DNA of 64,000 nt from the human T2T-CHM13v2.0 reference genome, Homo sapiens (GCF_009914755.1 NC_060925.1); one strand, 5' to 3'; counted from the stretch's first letter, positions 42,336-57,199 are shown. Notes: generated by a model from the sequence alone, not told the origin. Numbers and translations are program-made.

Positions 42336-42839
42336 GCAGTTTGAGAAGATTAAGATATCCATAAATAGAATAAATTCTGTTGTTCAGTTGAATCATACTA
42401 CTCACTTGCATTCTGCCTTTCTAAAAAAACAGAGTTGTCATCTATCCTGGGACACATGTACCAAGGGCTCATCAGAGCCACAGAAGAGAATGTTTACTGT
42501 CTCTACTCACCCCCTTATCCACTATCCTCCCCAGGCACTGTGCCGATTTTCAACTGCAAGCCTTTGTGCTGTTTCCTGAAGTATTTGTTCTTTCTACTTC
42601 TGATCATCTAAACTCCACTCATCCTTTCATGCCTAGCTTATGTCTCACCTCTTCCCTAAAGCTGTTTGATTATTCCAGCCACACAGACTTCTCTCTTTTC
42701 TGAAATCTGCAGATCAGCACTGACTTATTCTTCAGCTGGCTGAGATTTCTAACTCCTTTGTAAATGCCTTGGGTATAAGAGCCATGGTTAGTTAATATAT
42801 GTACATCCAAAAGCACATGAAAGAGAAGAAATCTGTCTG

Positions 42840-43050
42840 TACAGTAGAAAAAGCACAATGGAGAATGGCTCCTTCTCTCTGCCTTTTACCCTGTGTGTGT
42901 CCTTGGGTAAGTTATTTAAACTCCTTTGAACTTCAGTTTCCTCAACTGTAAAATGGTGATAATACCTACTTCAGGACTGCTGTTCAGCTTAAATGATATG
43001 AAGCTGTGAGCACGGTAACGAGCACATAGTAGGTATTCAGTTAATGTTGT
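42840..43050 (+). mobile_element. MIR
   Basis: ccttgggtaagttatttaaactcc…cagtttcctcaactgtaaaatggtgataatacctac. Confidence 0.8.
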
Positions 43051-43162
43051 TTTGACCCCCTTCTCTCCTGCAGGGGAAGACTAGGGATGAGGGAGAGAGG
43101 TGGAAAGGAGATACTGTTAACCCCACCAAAACTCAACATTGAATTATCAGTGGCTTGCCTAA

Positions 43163-43511
<349 letters not shown>

Positions 43512-44929
43512 TAAAGACTGACACAGAGCTAAAGGACAAAGGGGATGTAAGAATCCTGACATCAGCTAGAGTCTGAGTTTCAGTAGTAAGTTAGCCCAGA
43601 TCTGTGGGTTTTTATAAAAGAACTCCATGTGGCTGGAATAATCAAATGTCTTGGCTCTTCTCTGAAGCCCAGGGTTCCTTGTAGGATGTGATATGTACTC
43701 CATCGACCGAATTAAAGTGCCTTCAGAGGTTCTTAGTGCGGCCCGCTGCAAAGCCCAGGGAGAGAGGGGATGTCCCAGCGGCGAGCAAAAGCAGAATCCT
43801 TAGCACCCCCGACCCATGGGGAACTGGAAGGTGGGGACCAGTGCGACTCATCACAGTTCTGAAGATTCTGCACCATTTAGAGACAGTGCAGATTTAGCAA
43901 TTATTCTGAAAACTCTAACCCTGCTAGAAGATTGGTAGGTTTATTTTTGTTTTTTAAATTGTGTTTCTGAGTAACCCCCTAGGACAGCCTGCTGGGCTGT
44001 TGGCTCCAGAGACCAGGCAACAATGACTTTAAAGTGATTAATGCTTTCCCCCTTCATTATTCAAGATAAAACTTTATCATCACAAGGAACTACTTAATCA
44101 AAATGACAGGAATCTTCTCAGTTATATGAAATTTATTGGAACGGTTCTTTTTTAATCTCTAGTCATAAAACCATTTTAAGCTGTAAATTTCTTAGCAACA
44201 TTAATGAACGATTTATTGAAGGGAAAACAAATTGGATTATCAGCTCCCAGCCTGCTTTGGTAACCCAGGTACTTTACAGAAGCTTTTGCCTTTGTAAATA
44301 GACGTGCAAGCCTTGCAGAGAGGCAGAGCTCCTGAAAAGTTCTGTGATGTTGAAGTCTTGGAAAGTGAACCCAAGATTTTTATTCACCTTCAAGGCCATC
44401 TCATTTGTGCCTCAGTGATGATTTTCTGCCAAGTGGCTAAAATAGAATCAGATTGGAACATGAGCTTTCCTTACTGACCATCAGCTACAATACAATGCTA
44501 GGAGTTGAGTTTCCTTTCTTTGTGCTTCATAATCTATGACCCGCAGAGTGCTGCAGTTGCTTCGTCTCCAGCATTATTGATTGGCTTGAGGGTGGCTTTC
44601 TCCCCATTTGTATTCCTGGTGACAGCTCTAACATTTTGTGTCTATGGATAAACAGACTTGTGGAGAGCGAGGATTATACGCAGGGAAGCAGGTGGCAGGA
44701 ATACATTTTGAGAAAGCTCCTCGGGGCAATGGAATTTTCCAGGTAGATTCTTCAGGGACTCACACAACTTTCAGAGGGCTCTGGGAGAAAGCTTGCATCT
44801 TTGACAAATAATCAGTGCTTTGCTTGTTTAAAATGTAGGTAACTTACATGTCCGATTTGTGTCCTTCTGAGATGCTGTTCTTGAAAACCTCTGGCCTGTG
44901 CCTTGTGCCTGGCTGAGATGGTGGAAATA

Positions 44930-45290
44930 CGGGAAATGGACTTGGAGATGGAAATTTGTGAACAGGTAGTTCACTGGCAAGTGCTCGTGGGATGGACAAC
45001 TTTGAAGGAATTAGGCAAACAAGATTAAGCAAGGGGAAAATTGGACTGCTGGGCAGTTGTGGCAGAGGCATCACCTAGTTGGCCCCATGTTGCTCTTGAA
45101 TTGAGACACCCTTCACAGTTGTCCTGCCTTGAGTCAAGGGAACTGGATGTTTATAACCTTCTACCTCTTGACCAGTTATTGATGTGGGCTGCCTCCAGGA
45201 AGGGGCCATGTCAGTGGGTGAGGCAGCTCTCTTGGACTAAAAGCAATTCCTGGAGAGGGCTCAGCTGCCAGGAGAGCAAATGGGGCTACC
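44930..45290 (-). mobile_element. Old ERVL-type LTR remnant (LTR33/LTR16-like)
   Basis: gacttggagatggaaatttgtgaacaggtagttcactgg…gtgctc resembles recalled ERVL LTR 3' region; family uncertain. Confidence 0.4.
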
Positions 45291-48200
45291 CTTGGTTTGC
45301 CTGGTGATTATGTAATAATGGACCTCCTCATTCTCCTTGAGAAACCTTCCTTGGCTTTCTACCCTCACAGAATGATTCCTGCCCTCCTTTGAGTCTGACC
45401 TCTGTGTTCTTGTAGCTGTCTCTCTCTTTGCTGGTCTGTGAGGTCAGGGAGCAGGTCTCCTTCATCTCACATCCCCAGCCTTTAGTGCAGTGCCTGTGTT
45501 GAAGAGTTAAATGTCTTTATTCCCCCATTCAGGTGACTCTACCCCATCTTTGCCTGTTCCACTTCATCTCTCTGTCCTAAGATGTCAGCATCTTCTTGAT
45601 GTCATTCCAACCCAAGGGCCTTTAAGGGGAGAGGAAGATGGGAGATGGAACCTATGTCTTGGATCCAGTGGCTCCACTGCTGCCCAGGAAGAGGGGACCA
45701 AGGCTGGCTTCCTGGCGCACAGCAAGAACAGCCAAGTCCTGTGATAGTGGACCCCAAGCTGAATTTTCAGGGTGTGTCCATTTGCTCTTCTTCAGCTGTC
45801 AACTTGGCTCCCCACTTGGTACCCTGCCGTTAGAGGCTTTGAAAGGGTTGGGGTCAGAGAGGCTACAGAGCTTCCCTAGATTCAGGAGCCTTCCAGATGG
45901 AGGGGAGGACATTCTTCTGCTGAGGCCCTTTTAGGATCATGGGGAAGATAGACATACACATTGGAAGGCAGAAGAGAAACTTCAGAAACATGAGTGAAGT
46001 GCAGAGTAATAAGACCTAAATTTACCCGTCTGGGTATCGGAGTTACAGTTCACCTAACAATGGGGTTTCATAGCCTCCTGAAGGTTTCAACCCTAGCCCT
46101 GCTCAGTGCCCACAGGGCGTCAGACAGTACTCTTCTCTGAGGCCAGAGTGAAACATCTTGGTGTTCAGGGCTGGCTTAGACCCCTGCAGTGTGAGCTTCC
46201 CAAATCATTTATCCGTGGACCTCAGCCTCTTTCCCTGGAAATGGGGATATAGGCTCAGAGCTGCTCAGACCACCCAGGGCTCTGCCTCCTCCTCTCCCTC
46301 TCTCCCTCTTCCCACCTCTTCCTCTCCCTGTATGGTTTGCTGGGCTGTGGCTCCACCCCGAGCGTATCCACTTCATTACTCTCCAGCTGCCTTCCACTCC
46401 TGCCTGGGGCTGACATATTACTAGAAATGGCCCTGAAATTGTTCTCTTCCCTGATAAAATATTCATCACTGGGATCTGTATTTTTATTGCGAACTTAAAG
46501 TGGACAGGCTACATTTCTGTTGTCATACATCATGGGCACGCAAAGCCTGCAGTGAGCAAGTGGAACCGGGGCTGCTAGGTTATGAACACTGCATGTGGAG
46601 GGGCAGGGAGGGGATGCATTTTAAGAAAGAGAGTAATAATACCGATGATGATGTTACAGATAGGTTAATGATTTTAGCATGAGGGCGCACATTATTGTAT
46701 AATGAAAGTTTTGTTCACTGCTGCATCCTCAGTGCCCCTTTTAAGGTCTGTCATCGTGCTAGGGGTTCAAAAATATTTGTTGAGCTAATGACTTTGAGGA
46801 AAACTCTGACCCTCTCCTAATTCAGCTAGGGTTGTAACCTCAGTTTGCTGCTTTGTCCTGGCTTTTGAAGATGAACTTTGGTGGGATGCGGTACTCTGAG
46901 GACTAAGGGAGTTTTGCCCTTTGGTGCTGGTCAGAGCTCAGTGCAGGGTTTGTGCCTTGAAGGTTGAGATTTGGGTTTGGAGACAAACGCACCTTTCTCT
47001 ACCCAGAGACCAGGCCACCCTCCCTGTGTGTGATTTGTGGGTGTGAGTCTGTGGAGGTGCTGTGAAAGTGTGCATGAGTGTGCAATGTGTGGGAATATAC
47101 TAGCGAGGAGGCGGGGAGGTTTCAGCTTAAGCCCGTAAAAGTGCTAAGATCCTTTGAATGAGAAGGTGCCATCTCTAAACCAGGAAAGTGGGGTTTCCTT
47201 GACTTCCTCTCTTTTGTGATGGATTTATGTGGCACCATCTAGTCTTTCTCAAGGTGTGCCTTGTGGTTCACTGGAGATCTGAGGGTCAGGAGAGAGATGG
47301 AGGCACTGAAAGAGAGGGTGCCATCTAGCAATCTGCCCTCAGACCATTTGGCAAGGCTGGAATACACAAGGTTTGTGTTTGTTGAGTGGGTCCCCTGGAA
47401 GATGATTGGGCATGAGCCATCCTGCTGGTGTTTTCTCTTCTTCCTACCTCTGTCTTCTGAAGGAAGGCTGCCCACCAGATAAAGGGGGTCCCAGAAGCAA
47501 GAGGCTGTATATTGGGCCTCCCGTGATAGAGGCCAGAGGAAGGAAAGAATATGTTGAACTTAAGTGGGATATTTCACACCCAGGGACTTGAAGGGGGATC
47601 CCCTCAAGGAACCAATAAAAGTTTTCCACAAAATCCTGGCATTTAGAAACATTTGCCACAAAGAGAAACTAACAACCAACCAATTTGAAGAAGCAGAAAC
47701 AGCCTACAGACAGAGGCTACCTCCTTGCCATAAGCACTCACTTGAGAAGACCCCTCTGCTGCCCGTAGTTCTACTCACCCTGACCCCTCGCTGTGACACC
47801 AGGGTGAAGCCCAGATCAGCAGGAAGAGAAAGCGTCAGCCTCCAGAACCCCTTCTCTGCAAGCTGAGAGAACAAGCAACAGATCTCGCCAGTGCTGGGGA
47901 CAGGAAGAATTTTAAGTTGTGCGTAAGACTAGAATTGTGAGGTGAACAAGACTGGGAAGTCCTGGAATTGGGCCCTAGTCCTGTTAAGGGAGTTGCTGCC
48001 CATCAGTGGGAGTCTGTGGAGAGTGGGCATGACATAGAATAGTTGGGGGCAGTTAGGAAATTGTGAGAAGAAGAGATTCTCTGGACTTATATTTTCAGAG
48101 AGGAGTTTGTGCTATTTCAAAGCAGCCAGCCTTTGACACACTGTCCCTCATAACTGTTAGATAACAGGCTGGAACCTATTGGGTATTACCAACAAACCAT

Positions 48201-49189
48201 TGAATTAATGGCTGAAGCCCATATATATTGGTTGACAGACATCCGGGACAGAAATGGTGCCCATCAAACCCTCTTAGAAGCCTAGTGGTAAATTCTGCAC
48301 TGGTGGCCTCATTAGTATGCATGTGTTGGACTCCAATCAGATCAGGGCTGGGAAGTGTTATTAAGCCCTGTGAGGAGAAGTGGGCCAGCTGAGCCTGATT
48401 AGTATTGATTGGAATTTCTTCCTACCAATACATTTGCTTATTAATGTCGATGTTTGGAGGCCCTGTTTTTGAAAGCATAGCCATGTTTGTTCTTTTCTCT
48501 TTCACATGTCCTTCCCCAATTTTTTTTTAAGACAATTTTCATTTGAAAAAGTATTTTGTGAGGAGCCAGAACGTTAGTGTGCAGGGAGTTTAGTCTATAC
48601 TCTCATTTCTTTTCTTTTCCTCCCCTTCTCGTGGTCTTTTTCTCGTCTAGTCTCCAGCAGCAAGGGACATGGAGGGCGTGTAAATTGCAGCCCTTCCAGC
48701 CTCCTCCCATATTGTCTTATGTTGCCTGACCTCTGGAGAGAGTTTTCCCTCAAGTGGTATCTTTCCCCTGATTTTCTTAAAGATTCAAACAAACAGAACC
48801 TTCCATCATTTGAGTCCATTCTTGTGAAAAGGTCAGTTCTCCCAGGGCAAGGGCTATGTCTCTTCTGTTTATCACTGCGTCCTCTAGCTGTGGTCAGTCC
48901 TCAGATATTTGTTAGGTGCATGAATATATGATATAAATGCACACATGTCCACCCTGGTTCCCACTGCTCCCTGCTGCTCACCTGAACCCCAGGGGGCTGC
49001 CCTCCCTGCTGATCTGCCAACCTGTACTGCCTCCTTTCCTCTCATCGCCTTTGGGCTTCCAAACATCCTTCCTCCTGCTGATACACAAATATACCATCCT
49101 TTGGGCCCAGAGTGGCCTCCAAGAGGGGAGCTGATATGACAGCTTCACTCTCTTGCCATGTTTGATTGATTGCAGTTTGGCAGATGTTG

Positions 49190-49260
49190 TTGATTAGCTC
49201 TTTGAGTTGGAGACTGGTACTGATGAGACCAAGATGATAGAATTTAACTTCATATAATTT
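49190..49260 (+). mobile_element. Possible tRNA-derived MamSINE1 head
   Basis: ttagctctttgagttggagactggtactgatgagaccaagatgatagaatttaac loosely matches tRNA-like SINE head; heavily decayed. Confidence 0.35.
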
Positions 49261-49996
49261 GCCCAAGAATAACAACTCATGGACCACAGATTTCACCCCT
49301 AACCTAGCCAGCCACTCATGAATGGGTGTGATTTTTTCTGGTAAAGTAAGGATATAAGAGTCAGCATAATCCAATACCACTGGAAAAACAGCTCAAAGCC
49401 ACTGACCCCCTGAAGGGCTAGATAAGCAGTTTCCTCTTTTAAATGAAGGACAGCGTAGGATTGTGGCTGTAGAAATAGGGGATGGGACCCAGATGTGAGG
49501 CTTCCTGCAGACAGTGCTGATTGTCACCCACACTCACAGCAGGGCTGAAGATCAGCCCTTCCCCCTGAATGAGCTGGAGGAGCATGGGGAGGACCCAGTG
49601 GTGCCAAAGGCTCACAGGTGAGAAAGAGACCCTAGGAGGGAGACAGAATGTGGCTGGGACCAACTTTGAGCAATGAATGAAATGCATTAAGGTATGAAAT
49701 GCATATGTTATTAACCAACACTTGCTAAACTGCTGGATATGTGATAGAGAAAGAATGTCTTCATTGTGAGTGGAGGACCCATAATAAATGCCCCCATGAA
49801 CCTCAAAGTGTCCTTGGAAGGCAGATGAGTCCAAGATAAGCCAATCCCCTCCACTGCTTTCCAACTCCTGAAACCCCTGGTTTAGAGAGTTGAAATTTTG
49901 GAATCTTCCCCAGCCTGACGATCAGAACCTAAGTTGCACTTGTACACGAATGTCTCCTGTTTGGGTGGTGAATCAGGCCAGTTACTTTTTGGCTAC

Positions 49997-50348
49997 TGTA
50001 TTAGTCTGTTTTCACACTGCTGATAAAACATGCCCAAGACTGGGAATAAAAAGAGGTGTAATTGGACTTACAGTTCCACATGGTTGAGGAGGCCTCAGAA
50101 TCATGGCGGGTGGTGAAAGGCACTTCTTACATGACGGCAGCAAGAGAAAATGAGGAAGAAGCAAAAGCGGAAACCCCTGATAAACTATCAGATCTCATGA
50201 GACTTATTCACTATCACGAGAACAGCACAGGAAAGACCAGGCCCTGTGATTCAATTATTTCCCACTGGATCCCTCCCACAACACGTGGGAATTCTGGGAG
50301 ATACAATTCAAGTTGAAATTTGGGTGGGAACACAGCCAAACCCTATCA
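49997..50348 (-). mobile_element. THE1 (A/B-like) solo MaLR LTR, antisense to HHAT
   Basis: Minus strand begins tgatagggtttggctgtg and ends …cagactaataca; ~350 bp; gcaaaagcggaaacccctgataaa. Confidence 0.92.
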
Positions 50349-53034
50349 CCTGTCAAGGAAGAAGTGGGCAAGGCACTTGGCTGGTTATGTGGGTGGCCAG
50401 GAGTATGTGGGTGGAGCAGGCCAGAAGACACTGTCCACATGGGCATTTGGGCTCATTTCCTAGAGGGTCAGAAGAGCATTCTTCCCGCTTGGCCTTCAGT
50501 GGTATCCTGGAAAAGTGGCTACACTTTAAAAAGAACTGGATCCCTAGGGTTTTTTCTTCCACTTGAGCAGTGAGAATGATTCAACCTTGTATTTGCGGAT
50601 AATGCTGAATTGTGAGTTCCTTGGTGGCAGAGAGTTTTTCGTTACTCAGGTTTGAATTTCCCATAACACCTAACACAGAGCCTTCTGCCAGAAGATACCC
50701 AGCAATTGGTGGGTGGATAAAAAGCCAAGTGAATAGAAAACGTGTTTCACAAAACCTAGTGGTCTCAGTGTCCCTCATAGTTCCAGAAGGAATCAGGATA
50801 GTGGGAGCTTTAAAATGAAGGCTGGTAACTCTTTTGCAAAGAAGTGCTGCAGTAGAGTTCTCCTACCTGGCTAAGGTAAGAGGGGCACCCTGTGCTTCTT
50901 TCTCTTGTTACTTTATTTAGAAAGAAAGGATGCAGTTGTCCCTAAGAGCAGATGCTGGCCGCCTGCCAGGACTTGCCTTTGGGTCTTATCTGTTTGTGTT
51001 GGCTTGAGCAGTTTGTAATGATTGTAGAGGGAGCATAAGGGGGAAGGGATAGGGAAGAATAAATATGCTTTCCACAGGCAGGAAATTGATGAGGTAACTT
51101 TTTTCTTGCTGCTTTCTGGTCCATTTTGAGAGGCTCCTGGTAGACAGAGCTTACAGGCTTTGGTGAAGTGAGGAAGAGAAATGTTTTATTTCCAAATGGG
51201 TAAGCAGTCTCTGCCATTTTCTTTGAACCTCCAAAATAGCTCTATAGGAAAAAGGCTTTTGAGCCATTCAGAATTTTGCCAGTTATTCTTGAGGCCAGGC
51301 ATGCATGGGTTGGGGTCATGTGGCTGGGATGATGGGGCATCCTTGGGAAAGGTGCAAAGAGAAATTAAAAAGGAAGGTGCGGGGCTGTCTTGGGTCACCT
51401 TAGTGCTAATGATGAGGTCCTGTCTGGAGTAGTGAGGAGACTGTGCTTCTAAAGTTTCTGTTTATTTCATAGTGATATCAATTAGTGACTCATGGAATTA
51501 GATGGTATCTAACTTGGTAGAATCCCGTTCGGTCAGTTCATTGTCAGTTGATAGAAATTTGCTGAGCATTTGTTACGTGCTTGGCATTCCCATAGATATC
51601 ACAGAGCATGAAGACTTATAAGGCAGAATCCATATGCCTAGGAAGTTTCAGCCTAGTTCAGATTATAGTCAGGCTGTAGCCTCTTATTGTGCTTTATTGT
51701 ATTTTTAAAATAGTAATCTAAAAGTATTTACCTATTCATTTGCTTTTCTGTTTAAGTCTTCCCCTACTAGAATATTTCATGAGGGCAGGGACCTTCTCTG
51801 TACTCTTCATGATTTTAAATAAACAGTTTAATCTCTGTCTACTTGGCCCACAGTAGGTACTCAGTAAATATCTGTTGAATAAATGGAGTGGATAAGTGCT
51901 ACAGGAGAGGTTAGTTGGTAAAGGTTGATGTGAAGCAGGATATAGTAGCAAATCTAGTTTTAAATTCCATTCAGCATTTATTATTCAGCACCCCTTATAC
52001 ATAGATCATAGCTCACTTTGCAGAGTTGCTCTGATGATTGGAAGTGGTGGAGCTAGGATTTGGACACAGGACTGTCTGACTCCTAAACCTTCATCTTTCC
52101 GCCATACAATTATGCCATTCACAAAAATGGCCAGGTTTTCCCACCAAATGTCCTGGAGACCATAGGTCAGAGACAGAAATCCAGATCTGGTCTCTGTGTG
52201 CTCAGAACAGGATTTTATTGTGACAATATGCTGGCTGCTCTATGGATGAGTGACTTACACAGATGTGGTTCCTTCTTTTGACCATCCAGTCATTGATGTC
52301 ACCCAGGAAAGTGTAGGTATTTTTTTGTGTGTGACATTATTGAAACAGTGTATCAGACTCTATTATCTGAGAAATTATGGCAATTCCTTCCCAAAGACAT
52401 TTCTAATGAGGTTGAAAGCCTGCTCAGTCAGGTAATTTGGGAGCAGCTCTCTCTGGTAGTGCCAGGGGATTGGAGGCTTTCATCCACTAATCGTAGAAGG
52501 CCCTTTAAGCCCTGGGATCGTGTGTCTTTCTCCTGAGTTGGCTGCCTCTTAGCTCTGTCACTTGGCAAAGTTTTCCTGTGTGCTCCTTTCCCACGAACTC
52601 TTAGGATCAAATGAAAACCCTCAGTCCTGAGGCATTCAGTCCTCCAATTTCTCTCTTGTACCCTTCTAAGGACTAGGCCTGACCTTTGAATTGGTATTTA
52701 GTTCCTAAAGATGGTCCTTTATTTCTTTGCTTATTACTTCTTAGAATTGTGAACAAAAACAAGGAAAAGAACACGGTGAGAATATGTGTGACTTCCTCAG
52801 AGTCAAAGGTTTTTTTCCCCCACTTAAAAACAATGGGAATGTCCATATCTCACCTCTCTCATGCTTTGTTGGTTTTCCCCAAGTTGTTCTGAGACTTGTT
52901 TATAATGGGAAGTTATTCCCTGAGGAGACCTCTGGCTTCTTGGGGGCTCACCCTACCCAGGGCACTTACCTGTAAGTTAAAAAGAACCTTGTAAAGGGAT
53001 GACAGCTATGACATCATTCAAGATAAACAGAAGA

Positions 53035-53311
53035 GGCTGGCCAAGGTGGCTCATACCTGTGGTCCCATTACTTTGGGAGGCTGAGGCAGGAGAATTGCTT
53101 AAATCCAGCAGCTCAAGACCAGCCTGGGCAACATAGACCCCATCTCTACCAAAAAAAAAAAAAAGCCAGGTGTGATGGCAGCACCTGTAGTCCCAGTTAC
53201 TCAGAATGCTGAGGCAAGAGGATGGATCACTTGAGATCAGGAGTTTGAGGCTACAGTGAGCTATGATCATGCCACTGCACTGCAGCCTGGGTGACAAAGT
53301 GAGACCCTGTG

Positions 53312-53349
<38 letters not shown>
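53035..53349 (+). mobile_element. AluJ with pure A34 tail
   Basis: Diverged Alu body; A-run 53316-53349. Confidence 0.92.
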
Positions 53350-53351
<2 letters not shown>

Positions 53352-54139
53352 AGAGTAGAATGTGGTGGATCGTTTTTTTCCTCTTTCTTTTTGATTTTAA
53401 AGACCTTTCAGATTAAGAAATGTCAAGTCCTGAGCTGCACTGACCATGGAGAGTGAAGGAAGCTAATGATCACTGAGGCCAGTATCTATGAGGTTCTTTG
53501 ATACATCTTTTCTCAAAGAAAGAAGAGGAAGATGTGGTGAAAATGGTCATCTCCTTTCCAGGTTTAAAACAGAATCCTTTGCCCCGTTCCAGTTTCTAGC
53601 TGAGGTGTGGGGTAAGTCCCATAGAACTAGGTGATTTCTTCACTGGCCTGTACCCTTGACCTTCATCATGGCCTCGAGGTGATCTTGGGCCACTTGTTTG
53701 GACAGAGGGAAGGCCCTTTGGTTTCATCATAAAGAGTCTGTAGGATTAAAAGTCTGAGAACTTTTGAAAATAAATCTATTCATAGTGTTTAAATATGAGC
53801 AGGGTACTTAACCATTCTGCACCTCATTTTGCATAAATGTTGTATAAATAAGTCTAAATGTATAAATAGGTCTAAATGAAGAGGTTGGGCAAAGAGAGTT
53901 AGCACGGCATGGTGACAGGATGCCACTTTCAGAGATAGATGTGAGTCTAAATCTGTTTCCTCATCTGGAAAATGGGGGTTTTCTACCTCATATCATAGGT
54001 TTACGTGTGGCAAGTGCCCAGCCATCTGCCTGGTGCCTAGAAGGTGCTCAGTAAGTGTTCATTCTTACCCTTGTTTTACTGCTGCTCTGTATGCTACTCA
54101 CATTACCTTAAACTGCTGTCATTTTCTCTTTTTTCTGCA

Positions 54140-54310
54140 TTTATTTTATTTCTAATTGACAAATAATAATTGTATATATTTATGGGGTATAATGTGATGT
54201 TTTGATATATGTACACATTGTGAAGTAATTGTCAAAGTAATTAACATATTTGTTGCCTCCACGTACTTATCATTTTTTTGTGGTGAGAACATTTAAAATC
54301 AATTCTTCTG
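54140..54310 (-). mobile_element. L1MA extreme 3' end
   Basis: taattgacaaataataattgtatatatttatggggtataatgtgatgttttgatatatg…tgtggtgagaacatttaaaatc. Confidence 0.8.
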
Positions 54311-55145
54311 GCTGTCACTCTCAATGTTTGTTTTGTCTGTCAGGCTGAGGATACACTCCCTGAAGGTGGGGACTGTGTCTCTGGCATCTTCATTTTCCTC
54401 AATGTGTCCAGCACAGTGCCTGACACCTGATAGTCACTTACTAACTCCTTCCAGTGCATAGTGGCTGCTCATAGTAGATGTTGAGTTAAATGAATGGATG
54501 AATATGATGGAGACTAAACAAATACAATGTAAACTTACACCCTGTTGTATCAACCACTACAGAGCACTGGTGTCATGGGCACTGATGAAACCTTAATTAT
54601 GAGATTACAACTTATAGATATCATTCAATAAACCAGCTCAGTTTTAAGTAGCTGTTGAACACTTAGGAGATAGAGAGTTGACTGCTGTTTCAAGAGCACC
54701 CTTTAGTGTAAACAATATTAGCAGCACAAATCAAGCACTAATTAGAGAAGGTAGTTGGAAAGGATATATATTTTTCTAATCTGCATCGTTGACGTTGGGG
54801 GCTTCCACTTAAACAACACATTAAGGAATATCACACTCATGAAGAAAAGAGTATTTACCAGAAAGTCTTTTCAATCCAATCACCAAGGGCCAAGGGGTGG
54901 GGGTGGGTAAAGAATTTTGAATTTGCTGCAGATGTCCTGAGGCCATTCATGATTTGGAGAGAGGAGCGGGGCTCCTTGCTTGCTCTTTCCTTTTGCTTCT
55001 TTGAGATGTTTCTTTCTGCTGAGGTGAGTCTTTGTCACAGCTAACATCCAACATCTACTGAGCGCTTGCTGTATGCCAGGCATGTTTTGAGCTCTTTGTG
55101 TTCAATGTCTTGGTTAAGCTTTATGATATTCCTGTGGTGGGTTTT

Positions 55146-55472
55146 TTTCTTTTCTTTTTTTTTTATTATACTTTAAGTTTTAGGGTACATGTGCACAATG
55201 TGCAGGTTAGTTACATATGTATACACGTGCCATGTTGGTGTGCTACATCCAGTAACTCGTCATTTAACATTAGGTATATTTCCAAATGCTATCCCTCCCC
55301 CCTCCCCCCACCCCACAACAGGCCCCAGTGTGTGATGTTCCCCTTCCTGTGTCCATGTGTTCTCATTGTTCAATTCCCACCTATGAGTGAGAACATGCGG
55401 TGTTTGGTTTTTTTGTCCTTGCGATAGTTTGCTGAAAATGATGGTTTCCAGCTTCATCCATGTCCCTACAAA
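55146..55472 (-). mobile_element. 5'-truncated young L1PA 3' end inserted in a MIR
   Basis: ttattatactttaagttttagggtacatgtgcacaatgtgcagg…catccatgtccctacaaa; TSD ggtgggtttt 55136-55145 / 55473-55482; ORF piece GTWMKLETIIFSKLSQ = L1 ORF2 end. Confidence 0.95.
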
Positions 55473-56442
55473 GGTGGGTTTTATTGCCTCCACTAAGGAT
55501 CAGGAGCCTGAGGCTCAGAACGGATAAACTTGGCTCGGAGCCTCGCAACTTGTAAGTGAAGGTAGGATTAGAATCCAAGGGTGAATCCATGCCTTAACCA
55601 CTATACTTTGAGGCCTCTCCTTGGTTTTAATGCTTCTGGGTCAAGTGATTCCGCCTGTGGCAAGTACCTAGAGGGAATACAGAAGGGTACTGGGCATGTG
55701 GGATATAGATTCTGGAACAGATGAGGTCTCAGCCCTGTGGGGTCCAAATATAGCTAAGAAAATGAAGCAGCTGAGCAACTGTATAATTATCCAAACTGTA
55801 AGAATTTAGAAATAGCAGAAAAGATCATGTTAGGGGCCGGGGATCATAATTTGGGTTTGGAAGATGGATGATGTTAATCTGAGATGGCTTCCAGAAGGAG
55901 CCTAAAGGTGAAATCAGAGTAGAGTGGGGTGGAAGGCAGTTTATGGGATAGTGGGTGGAAAGCACGATGGGGAGGGTTCTTCAACATTGCGGTGGAGTGA
56001 AGTCCAGGGAGAGCCTCTTCAGATCCCCTTCACAAGGGCACTCTTGCACAGTGATTCCTGGAGGCTGATCATGGGAGAGCAGGGAGTTGGGAACCACTTC
56101 TTATCTATTCAGTGGTGCTCTCAGCAACTGTATGACAGATCCAACTCTCAGCATAGGTGTGAAGGAGAGAACTTGGTTTTGATACTTCTCTGATATTTTC
56201 CCCTCAGCCCATTGTTATTCTGTTCCATAACCTCATATTGGGTCTTCACCATGCCAAGTTACTTGGGCTGGCCTCCTCCAGGGTGTACCCCTCACTTCAG
56301 CTCTTTTCTCTTCCTCCTTGCCTTCCAATTCATTTGGAAGATATTTCTTGAGCATGTACTGTATGTTAGCATCAGTGTATTATTAGCCTCAGTGAGTGGT
56401 TGACTAGCTGGTTAAGGTGATAGATGAACTCATACTACATTG

Positions 56443-56758
<316 letters not shown>

Positions 56759-57199
56759 TTCACTATATTGTTAATGTGCTGATGTGGTCTCCTAGTGTGA
56801 GCACGTAGAAGTTAAGAGACAGAACCATGAGTGGTTGCTGATACTTTTAGAACTAGGCAGAGAATAAGTAGCCTGAGAGGGAGCATGAGGAGCAGTGGCT
56901 CTAAAGATGAAAACAGAGAGCTCCATTGGAGCCACAGAAGCAAAAATGTGAACAAGGAAAGTCATGTGGAAGGATGCTCATGATTAGGTGAACAGAACAG
57001 TTTCCTGAAGTGGAATGTATGCCATCCTATTCTTATAAGAAGTATGTGTCTATGTGTATTTATAGAAAAATGTCATAGAGGACATACACAAAAAGGTCAT
57101 TGGTAGTTCTGGATTTTAAAAAATACTTCTAAAGGTAAGGAGTACAGTAGTGGTAAGACATAAAGCAGAAATTATCTAAAGAGGAAAGTGGAGGGCACT

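Noticed and set aside
43700-43860. Small CpG-containing GC-rich patch
   Set aside because: Too short and CpG-poor to call a CpG island or promoter
46950-47950. LTR-like composition (also 7440-8010, 32000-32400, 62620-63200)
   Set aside because: Probably very old LTR relics, but family and boundaries cannot be assigned by eye
52327-52436. ORF segment CDIIETVYQTLLSEKLWQFLPKDISNEVESLLSQ ending at CAG|GTAATT
   Set aside because: No good acceptor and no recognisable homology
55260-55493. ORF containing GTWMKLETIIFSKLSQ
   Set aside because: End of L1 ORF2/3'UTR in a 330-bp truncated L1PA
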